Shown piece after piece: positions 56,480 to 64,000 of a stretch of 64,000 nucleotides of DNA (its first letter is position 1; every line of letters starts with the position of its first letter). Position numbers and translations under genes: made by a program. The notes beneath the pieces are model-generated. The model was given only the letters and a program-made list of their open reading frames with translations. It ran no database searches and was not told the DNA's origin. The stretch spans positions 147,016 to 211,015 of the forward strand of contig MHNO01000009.1 in NCBI GenBank assembly GCA_001819815.1, written 5' to 3'. The DNA comes from Candidatus Ryanbacteria bacterium RIFCSPHIGHO2_02_FULL_45_17b. GTDB lineage: Bacteria; Patescibacteriota; Minisyncoccia; Ryanbacterales; 2-02-FULL-48-12.

Positions 56480-56642
56480 CCATGAATTACGAAACACACC
56501 CTCATCCGATGAACGTCACGCGAATTAATAACGTCTTGCGATGACCCAATTTGGTCATCGCAAGACGTTATATTGTGCTTGCGTATGCAAATCGATGGGA
56601 GGTCATCAGATGAGAGGAATACATGTGTTTCGTAATTTAAAG
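56480..56642. mobile_element. MITE-like element, copy 3 (163 bp; 21-bp internal deletion)
   Basis: Same TIRs and central palindrome as copy 1; direct repeat TACTTTA on both flanks. Confidence 0.85.
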
Positions 56643-56706
56643 TACTTTACATTCTATCCTCTTATTTTATACTTACATCAGGTCTAAAATATAATTAACC
56701 AAACAT

Positions 56707-57333
56707 ATGCAAAATAATTTACAAAAAGGGTTCGCGATGCCGACAGCCATCGCAATCGTCGCGATAGTTTTGGTGTTAGGCGGAGTCGTATTCTATGCGA
56801 ACCGTTCACAAACCACAAATGATAAAATGGCGCAGGAAAAAGCCATGAGGGAACAGGAGGCGATGGAACAGAAAGAGAAAGACATAATGATGAATAAGGA
56901 GGAAGCCAACATGATGGACAATGACAAGAACGGAATGATGCCCGCTGAAGGCGGAACATATTCCGGTGCGGTGCTTGCCGGAACATCAGCCCCCCTTCTT
57001 GACTTTACAAAGGCAGACTATGACTCGGCCATAAAAACGAATAAACTGGTCGTTCTCTATTTTTATGCGAACTGGTGCCCGATCTGCAAGAAAGAATTTC
57101 CCATCATGCAAGAAGCATTCAATGAGCTGGAAACAGATGCCGTAGTCGGCTTCAGAGTTAATTACAATGACGACCAGACCGACGATACCGAAAAGAACCT
57201 GGCGCGAGAATTCGGCGTTGCCTACCAGCATACGAAAGTATTTGTGAAAAACGGTACAAGAATTCTTAAATCACCGGAAAGTTGGGACGACAAACGTTAC
57301 GATATAGAGATCAATAAGGCCCTAACTCAATAA
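56707..57333 (+). CDS. Membrane-anchored thioredoxin-family protein with Met-rich linker
   Basis: QKGF plus TM segment, Met/Glu/Lys-rich stretch, FYANWCPIC. Confidence 0.85.
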   Translation: MQNNLQKGFAMPTAIAIVAIVLVLGGVVFYANRSQTTNDKMAQEKAMREQEAMEQKEKDIMMNKEEANMMDNDKNGMMPAEGGTYSGAVLAGTSAPLLDFTKADYDSAIKTNKLVVLYFYANWCPICKKEFPIMQEAFNELETDAVVGFRVNYNDDQTDDTEKNLAREFGVAYQHTKVFVKNGTRILKSPESWDDKRYDIEINKALTQ

Positions 57334-57336
57334 TAC

Positions 57337-58044
57337 ATGACAGAAAGTCTTCTCATCGGGGCGTTTCTTGGTGGACTTATTTCTTTTCTTGCCCCTTGCG
57401 TCCTCCCCATCATTCCGGGTTTTCTTGCCTATCTTGCCGGCTCAAGCACTAGCGAGACAGGATCGAAGCGTAAAGAAATATTTTTGAACAGTATGTTCTT
57501 TGTGCTTGGCTTTGGAGTCGTCTTTGCTCTTCTCGGGGTGTTACTCAATACTCTCCTTGAAGGTATCGCCTATGACGTGCAGACATGGCTCTCGCGCATC
57601 GGAGGAGTGATGATTATCTTCTTCGGTCTCTATCTTGTGGGGCTCATCAAAATTCCTTTTTTGGAAAAAGAATATAAATTTGGCGTAAAGATAAAATTCA
57701 AATCCCGCTACGCCACGTCGTTTCTTTTTGGTTTGGCCTTTGCCGCCGGATGGACTCCTTGCGTCGGCCCTGCTTTGGGAGTCATTCTTGGTCTTGCCGC
57801 CACACAGCCTGGATCGGCCTTTATCCTGCTTCTCACCTATGCGCTGGGGCTTGGCATACCGTTTCTCATTGTTGGCGCTTTTACCGCAGAGGCTTCAGAA
57901 TTTATCAACCGCCACGCGGTAGGCCTCACCTATCTCAATATTGTTTTTGGAGTCATTCTGCTTATTCTTGGCGTCCTCATATTTACCCAAAAACTTGCGC
58001 TCATTGCCAATTTTGATTTTCTCAATAGACTGCTTCTTACCTAA
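57337..58044 (+). CDS. ccdA: CcdA/DsbD-beta thiol-disulfide transporter
   Basis: SFLAPCVLP and GWTPCVGP motifs; about 6 TM. Confidence 0.92.
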   Translation: MTESLLIGAFLGGLISFLAPCVLPIIPGFLAYLAGSSTSETGSKRKEIFLNSMFFVLGFGVVFALLGVLLNTLLEGIAYDVQTWLSRIGGVMIIFFGLYLVGLIKIPFLEKEYKFGVKIKFKSRYATSFLFGLAFAAGWTPCVGPALGVILGLAATQPGSAFILLLTYALGLGIPFLIVGAFTAEASEFINRHAVGLTYLNIVFGVILLILGVLIFTQKLALIANFDFLNRLLLT

Positions 58045-59190
58045 ATGAACAGCGCAAAGCAATACATTCTTATCGTGGTCGTGATCATTCTTGGTGGCGC
58101 GATCTACTTCATTAATTCGACGAGCGTGCAAAGAGGCGGATCAGATGAGACGGTAACGGTTGCGCCACGAGTCCCCTCTGCATCGAACAGTACAACAGCT
58201 TCTCCACCTACGGAAGCCGCAAAAGATACCACGTCTCGTACGTTTCTTTCTGCGGAAGCAAAATCAAAACGTTATGAACTCGCCAAAGAAATTACAACCC
58301 CCGACGGCTTTATAAATACCCCTTCAACAAGCTCAGGGCAGGCAACTCCCATTACCATTGGCGAGCTTGTCGGCAAAAAAGTAGTGCTGATCGATTTCTG
58401 GACATACAGCTGTATCAATTGCCAGCGCACCACTCCATATTTAAATACATGGTACGAAAAATATAAAGACAAAGGGCTCGTTATTATTGGTGTGCACACA
58501 CCGGAATTTGAGTTTGAAAAAGATTATACCAATGTCAAAACGGCGGTAGAAAAATTTGGCATTAAATTCCCGGTTGTGCTCGACAATGATTACTCAACAT
58601 GGACCGCATACAAGAATCAATACTGGCCGAGAAAATATCTTATAGATATAGATGGTTATGTTGTATACAACCACATCGGTGAAGGAGGGTACGAGGAGAC
58701 GGAAAAGAAAATCCAGGAGGCTCTTTCGGAGCGCATGGCTGTTTTGGGAGAGGATGGCACAATTACCCAGTCGCTTACGAAAGATACTTCTGCTCAGAAC
58801 GAAGCAAAAAGTCCCGAAACCTATTTTGGATCGGCGCGCAATAACCAGCAAGCGAGCCTGCTATTTCCCCGTGATAGCTGGAACATACAACCCGAATTTG
58901 CCGAAAATAATTCTACGGGTGCAAGCATAGTTTATACATATACAGCCAAAGATGTTTTTTTTGTTGCAAAGGCAGACACCGAAACTATCGTTGAAGTTCT
59001 TCGCGACGGCAATCCTCTTGGTTCAGAAGCCGGAAGCGACATAGTGAAAACTCCCGACGGAAAGACTGTCCTTAAAATAAAAGAAGCGCGGCTCTATAAA
59101 ATTATAGAGGGCGAGAAATCAGAAACTCATAAGCTTGAGCTCAAAATCCAAAAGCCGGGCCTCAAAGCATTCACCTTCACGTTCGGGTAA
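58045..59190 (+). CDS. DipZ-like redoxin
   Basis: DFWTYSCINC, GVHTPEF, NQYWP, GEG.Y, SPETYFG, terminal FTFG. Confidence 0.88.
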   Translation: MNSAKQYILIVVVIILGGAIYFINSTSVQRGGSDETVTVAPRVPSASNSTTASPPTEAAKDTTSRTFLSAEAKSKRYELAKEITTPDGFINTPSTSSGQATPITIGELVGKKVVLIDFWTYSCINCQRTTPYLNTWYEKYKDKGLVIIGVHTPEFEFEKDYTNVKTAVEKFGIKFPVVLDNDYSTWTAYKNQYWPRKYLIDIDGYVVYNHIGEGGYEETEKKIQEALSERMAVLGEDGTITQSLTKDTSAQNEAKSPETYFGSARNNQQASLLFPRDSWNIQPEFAENNSTGASIVYTYTAKDVFFVAKADTETIVEVLRDGNPLGSEAGSDIVKTPDGKTVLKIKEARLYKIIEGEKSETHKLELKIQKPGLKAFTFTFG

Positions 59191-59215
59191 TAGCTGAATT
59201 CAAAAAACAGACAAT

Positions 59216-59511
59216 CAAAACGAAACGCTTCGAAGTCGGATCAGATTGAGCATGCGTTTTTTGGTGATGGGACCGAAGAAGCCCTCGGCTGGACTGATGT
59301 TTTGCTCTTGTTGAAATCTCCGTACAGCAGTTTTCGGTGGCGACAGAAATAAAAGCCAGTCCGGTGGTATCAGCGAGAGGCGTCATGGTTTCTTCAATGG
59401 GAGCGGCTGCGGTAAGCCTGTCGAATCCATATCCAATGTCTGAGCAAAAACAAAAGACGTTTGAGAAAAAAGCAGTGAAATTATAACGAGGAAGCTGGTG
59501 ATTTGGTTCAT
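59216..59511 (-). pseudogene. Remnant of a secreted peptidoglycan-binding-domain protein
   Basis: Signal peptide MNQITSFLVIISLLFSQTSFVFAQ, then an in-frame stop, then TAVRRFQQEQNISPAEGFFGPIT (PG-binding motif). Confidence 0.6.
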
Positions 59512-59512
59512 A

Positions 59513-60121
59513 TTATTTTTTTGCTATTATCTGAATCCAATTTGTCTTACCAGAAGTCGTTATATTTTTGTAAACAATATGCAGTCCTACATTGATTACG
59601 TAATTTTCCATTTCTTCTAAAGTATAATAACTAAAAAACCTTTCGTATTCGTAGCCATAGTCATTTTCTTTTAGTAGTTCTTCATCAAAATTGCCTGGTT
59701 TTTGTTCTTTTACTGCTACGCAGAAATAACCATCTGGTTTAAGAGGAGCTATGATGTTTTTAAGCACATCTGGTACCTCTTTTTTGGGGATATGTAGTAA
59801 GACTGCATGAGCAAGCACTCCATCAAATATTTTTTCGAGATCAAGTGGTTGTTTAATATCCTTTACAAAAAAATGACCTGCTGACGCCTGTTCCTTAGCA
59901 AGAGCGATCATTTCTTCAGAGAAATCAATTCCAATAACCCTAAAACCCTTTTTGATTAAATACTTAGATTTTATAGCAGCTCCACATCCAATATCTAAAA
60001 TTAATGAGTTCGACTTAAGGAAGGAGAGGTACTTATCAATACCACCTATCCACCATATATCTTCTTCATGGTCTTGCATCCAATCTTTAGCTATCCTGTT
60101 GTAGGTTAATCTAAGATTCAT
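59513..60121 (-). CDS. Class I SAM-dependent methyltransferase
   Basis: ILDIGCGA, GIDFSEEM, FDGV, LLH, LKPDG. Confidence 0.9.
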   Translation of the reverse strand: MNLRLTYNRIAKDWMQDHEEDIWWIGGIDKYLSFLKSNSLILDIGCGAAIKSKYLIKKGFRVIGIDFSEEMIALAKEQASAGHFFVKDIKQPLDLEKIFDGVLAHAVLLHIPKKEVPDVLKNIIAPLKPDGYFCVAVKEQKPGNFDEELLKENDYGYEYERFFSYYTLEEMENYVINVGLHIVYKNITTSGKTNWIQIIAKK

Positions 60122-60126
60122 AAGTT

Positions 60127-60234
60127 TTATTTCTTCACCGCTTCCATCTTGAGGAGTTTTTTGGCAAAAACAAAAGACGTTTGAGAAAAAAGCAGTGAAA
60201 TTAGAACCAAGACGCTCGAGATTTTTCTTGTCAT
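60127..60234 (-). pseudogene. Chimeric 35-aa ORF: signal peptide fused to a copy of the mscL 3' end
   Basis: MTRKISSVLVLISLLFSQTSFVF-AKKLLKMEAVKK. 60164-60203 is identical to 59444-59483; 60127-60165 matches 60779-60817 at 34/39. Confidence 0.75.
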
Positions 60235-60290
60235 AAATTTAGTTACAGTAAATTGCTTCGGAATAAGTATTTGTTTGATTAGTCTCACCT

Positions 60291-60767
60291 TTATTGGATA
60301 TATCCGCCATGCACAAAACAACGATAAACAATTTTACCATTAAATAATATCTCTTCCTTGCCAACAAATCTTACGAGATCACCGTCAATGCTAAACCGGT
60401 ATTCCCAGTCGCTGGCAACAAACTTGCGCGGGCCTCGGACAGGAACTGATCTCTCGTATTCTTGTATTAGAGCTTTCCTTAAAAAGCCGTAAACTTCTTT
60501 TTCATCAATGCCCTCATCGAGAATAAAACCATAGTAATTTGCTCCCCATGATGGCTTTTCGTCTTGATAGACAATTTCTTCGCCGATGAAATCTCTGACG
60601 CCGAAATATGTATCATGGTAGATTAGCCCGTCTTTTTCAAAGTGGTAGTCTTCGGATTTCAGACGGCTTGATTCTACTTTGGGCGCATCTTTGTTTGCAT
60701 ATGTGCTCTTATTAGCCACATTGAGAAAGTGAGCGAGAACATTTTTTGGTAAATCTTTATAACTCAT
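60291..60767 (-). CDS. DUF5680 family protein
   Basis: A...TYA, Y.DTYFG..F.GEE, W..NYYG, FLRKAL, PVRGP, F.G.E.I, HGG. Confidence 0.75.
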   Translation of the reverse strand: MSYKDLPKNVLAHFLNVANKSTYANKDAPKVESSRLKSEDYHFEKDGLIYHDTYFGVRDFIGEEIVYQDEKPSWGANYYGFILDEGIDEKEVYGFLRKALIQEYERSVPVRGPRKFVASDWEYRFSIDGDLVRFVGKEEILFNGKIVYRCFVHGGYIQ

Positions 60768-60778
60768 AAAATTATTTT

Positions 60779-61075
60779 TTATTTCTTCGCCGTTTCCATC
60801 TTAAGAAGCTTTTTGGCGATGATAAAAATTATGAGGGCGAGTATTAGAAAATTAAAAAGCTCGGCGATGAACGAACCAATGGCGATGGTAACCGGGCCGA
60901 TATGCCACAATGCTTCTCTCCATGACTCCGCTCCCATGAGCGGGGTGGCGATGGGCAAGAGCACATCTTTGACCAGCGAATTTACCAGTGATGTTGAAGC
61001 CGTGCCCATCACAAAACCGACGGCCAAAGCGACAATATTAAATTCTTGTAAAAATTTGGCGAATTCTCTAAACAT
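60779..61075 (-). CDS. mscL: Large-conductance mechanosensitive channel family protein
   Basis: FREF..FL..NIVALAVGFVMG..LV.SLV.D..P, G.FI...NFLI. Confidence 0.88.
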   Translation of the reverse strand: MFREFAKFLQEFNIVALAVGFVMGTASTSLVNSLVKDVLLPIATPLMGAESWREALWHIGPVTIAIGSFIAELFNFLILALIIFIIAKKLLKMETAKK

Positions 61076-61230
61076 AGCGTTCTTTGTGTAAGCCAAAAAT
61101 CAAAAATACAATCACACTTCCAACTGGTATGTCGCTTTTTAAAATATAGATAGGCACTCAGCCAAAACCATCTCATCTTTCAAGAATTTTCCTGCCCCTG
61201 TTGTAAGATAATGCCGATTTTCATAGGAGC

Positions 61231-61920
61231 CTAACTCAAATCCTTTTTCTTATCCTCAAATTCCTTCTTGTCTATTTCACCTTTAGCATATCGCTCGTCC
61301 AAAATAGCGCGCGCGGATTTTGCATGGTCGCGTGTTTCATAAGATTGACCCGTGAGCCACTTGACAAGCGCGACAATGCCGGCGATTATCAAGACCCACC
61401 AGAGGATCATAAAAATAAAGCCGAACCCGCCGAAAGGCGTAAATCCAAAGTTCATCATAGAATTGTTTGATTGATTAGTATTAAAGGGAGACGACCACCC
61501 TCCCCACATCATATTCATCATCGGCATCCAGCCGCCGCTGATTGCCGGAAATGCCGCGGACGCATCGCAACCGGAAAGCCGCTTGCCCATAACGATATGG
61601 ATTTGTTCCTCGCCATCTTCGCCGTGCGCTTGAATCATCATGGCGTTCATGGCGGCGTGAGAATCTCCGGACATCTGACCCATGAAGTATTCTCCAAGCA
61701 CTCCATACTGCTCATCGTTTAAACTCTCGCAAACCAGCTCTTTGGCCTGCAGTTTACTCCAAAGTTCTTTGCCTTCTTGTTCTTCGCGGGCGGTGTGTTC
61801 AACGACTTCGTTCCAATCGACTGTCGTGTTAGAAAACCCGCCCATCATTTGAGCATTCACCGAGCCGGCAACCACAAAGACTAATCCAAAAACAAAGATT
61901 AAAACTAAAAGTTTTTTCAT
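61231..61920 (-). CDS. Met-rich membrane protein with C-terminal SHOCT domain
   Basis: Signal peptide, MM/GG-rich segments, TM, ILDERYAKGEIDKKEF. Confidence 0.8.
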   Translation of the reverse strand: MKKLLVLIFVFGLVFVVAGSVNAQMMGGFSNTTVDWNEVVEHTAREEQEGKELWSKLQAKELVCESLNDEQYGVLGEYFMGQMSGDSHAAMNAMMIQAHGEDGEEQIHIVMGKRLSGCDASAAFPAISGGWMPMMNMMWGGWSSPFNTNQSNNSMMNFGFTPFGGFGFIFMILWWVLIIAGIVALVKWLTGQSYETRDHAKSARAILDERYAKGEIDKKEFEDKKKDLS

Positions 61921-62121
61921 GCCCTCATTGTAGCAAATTTTTATCAACTTGAACAGCGTAATGTACTTTGATGAGCTGTAGCAAAAAAATCCACTATGGG
62001 AGTTTTACGGGAACAGCAGGCTGGATAACCCTGATTCCCCACATGGTTGCCCGTATGGCGAGCCCTAAAACCAAATTTGAGAGCGTGGGACGATTTGCTT
62101 AAGTTTAGAAAAATTAAGCAA

Positions 62122-62910
62122 TTATGACAACAGTACGCCACCATCCACCACAATCTGAGAGCCGGTCATATAGCTTGCAAGATCGGAAGCAAGGAATAGA
62201 GCTACTTTGCCGATATCATCCGGCTCACCCATTCGCTTCATTGGAATTTTTTCCAAGAACTTTTTGAGTATTGCTTCCATTTCCGGAGTGGGCGGTGTGC
62301 CTGATCCCGTACCAGGTGTTGCAATGCCCCCGGGAGCAATAGCGTTTACTTGAATGTTGTGTGGCGCAAGTTCCAAGGCGGTGTTCTTTGTGAATCCCCA
62401 AAGACCATGCTTAGAAGCATCGTAAACGGCTAACCCGACCGAAGAAGGATGCAGTGCGTCAATCGAAGTGATATTTATAATCTTTCCGCCCTTGCCTTGC
62501 ATGATTATGATTTCTCCAACTGACTTGGTGAAAAGAAAAACACTTTTGAGATTAACTGCCAAGATTTTCTCAAAATCAGCAGGCGTCATCTGCATCACCG
62601 GTATGATCGGATAAATGCCGGCGTTATTAACCAGAATATCAATACCGCCGTACGTCTTTACTGCAAAGTTAGTTGCATCCTTAACCTGTTTCTCGTCGGC
62701 AACATCAGTTTTTTTAAATTCCGCCTTAAAGCCCCTATGTATTAATTCCTCGGCTGATTTTTTGCCGACATCCTCATTCATATCAGCGATGACAACATTA
62801 GCTCCGGCCTCGGCTAGACGATTAGCAATGCCAAAACCAATACCCATTGCGCCACCGGTGACGATGGTGGTTTTACCTCTAAGATTGATGAGTTCCGTGA
62901 TAGTTTGCAT
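62122..62910 (-). CDS. SDR family oxidoreductase
   Basis: TGGAMGIG, NNAG, YDASK, VNAIAPG, VDGG. Confidence 0.93.
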   Translation of the reverse strand: MQTITELINLRGKTTIVTGGAMGIGFGIANRLAEAGANVVIADMNEDVGKKSAEELIHRGFKAEFKKTDVADEKQVKDATNFAVKTYGGIDILVNNAGIYPIIPVMQMTPADFEKILAVNLKSVFLFTKSVGEIIIMQGKGGKIINITSIDALHPSSVGLAVYDASKHGLWGFTKNTALELAPHNIQVNAIAPGGIATPGTGSGTPPTPEMEAILKKFLEKIPMKRMGEPDDIGKVALFLASDLASYMTGSQIVVDGGVLLS

Positions 62911-62920
62911 ATGTCTAAAA

Positions 62921-63316
62921 TTACTCCGTTGTCGTGCCGTCGAATTCGTCGGTAGTGTCGGCTTCACCTTCGGCTCTTGTTTTATGGGCAACTCCGTCTT
63001 TGTGGTGCGGCGGCATGTAGAGAGTATAAAGCTTCATCGATTCGCTTCCGGTATTGACTATGTTGTGTTTAATTCCTGCCGGTACGACAATGACGCTTCC
63101 GCCTGCTAATTCGTGCGGAGCATCATTCAAAACAGCTTTGCCCCTTCCTTTTTCCACACGCAGGAATTGACCCACACCATGCACCTCCTCGCCGATTTCC
63201 TCTCCGGGCAAAAGCGACATCAACACCAGCTGGCTGTTTTTGTCGGTATATACAACTTTGCGAAAGTTTTCGTTCTCAAGAGAAAGTTTTTCAATGTTGG
63301 TGACATAGCCGTTCAT
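62921..63316 (-). CDS. Cupin domain protein
   Basis: NFRKV, QLVLMSL..GEEIG.EVH, PAG.KHN, KLYTLY.PP.H. Confidence 0.9.
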   Translation of the reverse strand: MNGYVTNIEKLSLENENFRKVVYTDKNSQLVLMSLLPGEEIGEEVHGVGQFLRVEKGRGKAVLNDAPHELAGGSVIVVPAGIKHNIVNTGSESMKLYTLYMPPHHKDGVAHKTRAEGEADTTDEFDGTTTE

Positions 63317-63335
63317 AGTTATATTTTAGCAATAA

Positions 63336-63468
63336 TTAATTTAATACCCAAATTGCGTAGTTGAGGTAAGCGGCAAAGCTCACCCAAATAATATAGGGCA
63401 CAAGTAACCACGCGGCCGAGGAATATGCCGAGGGCGATAATGAGTTTGAATGCGTTGTTGATTTTCAT
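63336..63468 (-). pseudogene. Internally deleted TspO/MBR gene remnant
   Basis: Start MKINNAFKLIIAL joined out of frame to AAWLLVPYIIWVSFAAYLNYAIWVLN-stop (TspO C-terminal motif); only 133 bp remain. Confidence 0.7.
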
Positions 63469-63470
63469 CC

Positions 63471-63629
63471 TTATTTCCTTTTAGAATCAGCCCAAAACGA
63501 CAACATACCCAAGGCTAAAAAGAGTGCCACCTCTATCCAATTCTGTTTTTGAAACGCATTAAAAAGTGCTGTCCCAAAAAAGATTATAAATATCGCAAGA
63601 CTGGTAAATTTATATTTTTCCATATTCAT
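63471..63629 (-). CDS. 52-aa two-TM hypothetical protein (not in the ORF track)
   Basis: MNMEKYKFTSLAIFIIFFGTALFNAFQKQNWIEVALFLALGMLSFWADSKRK; fills the gap between co-oriented genes. Confidence 0.6.
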   Translation of the reverse strand: MNMEKYKFTSLAIFIIFFGTALFNAFQKQNWIEVALFLALGMLSFWADSKRK

Positions 63630-63632
63630 ATC

Positions 63633-63941
63633 TTAACGCTTTGTTTTGTATTTGTCCGGAGGTCCCCACATCCATCGGGGTTTCTCGCCTTTTTTATAAC
63701 AAATCCAAATAAGCACTGCCGTGGAGATAATAATCAAAGGCAAATACCATTTGAGGAATTGCTCGTCGCTCTCCACACGAGACCCACCGAGCAATCCTGC
63801 TACGATAATCACGGCAATATAGACCAGCAACACTAGCCAGCCTTCTTTTTTCGCCGGAGCCCAGCCCCAGCCGTAGAGCCGAGCTTTAAACCAATACCCC
63901 TGCGGATTATCTTTTAGATACGCGATATATTCTTTGATCAT
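63633..63941 (-). CDS. Small membrane protein
   Basis: YWFKARLYGWGW.P...GW, two TM, KGEKPRW.WG. Confidence 0.75.
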   Translation of the reverse strand: MIKEYIAYLKDNPQGYWFKARLYGWGWAPAKKEGWLVLLVYIAVIIVAGLLGGSRVESDEQFLKWYLPLIIISTAVLIWICYKKGEKPRWMWGPPDKYKTKR

Positions 63942-64000
63942 ATGTTTTTATTTTTGTGCTCTAATAATTTCCCCGCCGAAGCCTCGGCAACGGGGTCTTT

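Noticed and set aside
2811-56642. Repeated elements as a CRISPR array or integron attC sites
   Set aside because: Copies are dispersed by 25-28 kb with no repeat-spacer periodicity; no cas or intI gene is present and no RYYYAAC/GTTRRRY cassette boundaries were seen.
59498-59511. MNQIT start shared between csaA (20386) and the remnant at 59511
   Set aside because: Only about 14 nt of AT-rich similarity; cannot be told from chance.
1-64000. Numerous 60-230 aa ORFs antisense to or overlapping recognised genes (e.g. 6745-7443 +, 18004-18594 -, 44705-45235 +)
   Set aside because: Shadow frames of well-supported genes, with no motifs or translation signals.

Overview
This 64-kb window is bacterial chromosome in genetic code 11 with genes mostly on the minus strand. 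The style (stripped-down housekeeping genes, lone VirD4-like ATPase, GT39 pairs, WKTY-motif secreted proteins, many leaderless starts) suggests a Patescibacteria/CPR, Parcubacteria-like genome; that assignment is inference. Housekeeping content: sufBDS, typA, obgE, two csp genes, dnaX, tRNA-Gln, alr, serS, murD, uvrC, rplY and a sugar-phosphate cluster (rpiB, rpe, split transketolase, pfkB, glpX, DUF2090 aldolase). Accessory content: two TA modules, a thioredoxin-CcdA-DipZ-like cluster and many small accessory genes. No CRISPR array, transposase, integrase or prophage is visible. The most striking signals are structural: (1) a three-copy, fully fold-back MITE-like element with 19-bp TIRs, flanking target duplications and copy-specific internal deletions; (2) several palindromic or heptamer elements inserted in frame inside intact genes, three of them in one glycosyltransferase; (3) long fold-back elements whose arms include the last codons of the neighbouring gene; (4) three loci where short conserved DNA anchors flank unrelated variable modules; (5) a candidate C-rich sRNA divergent from the suf promoter; (6) an L,D-transpeptidase/DD-carboxypeptidase/CapA triple fusion; (7) a pentose-phosphate cluster with no transaldolase in the window. 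All calls come from motif recognition by eye; no database searches were run.
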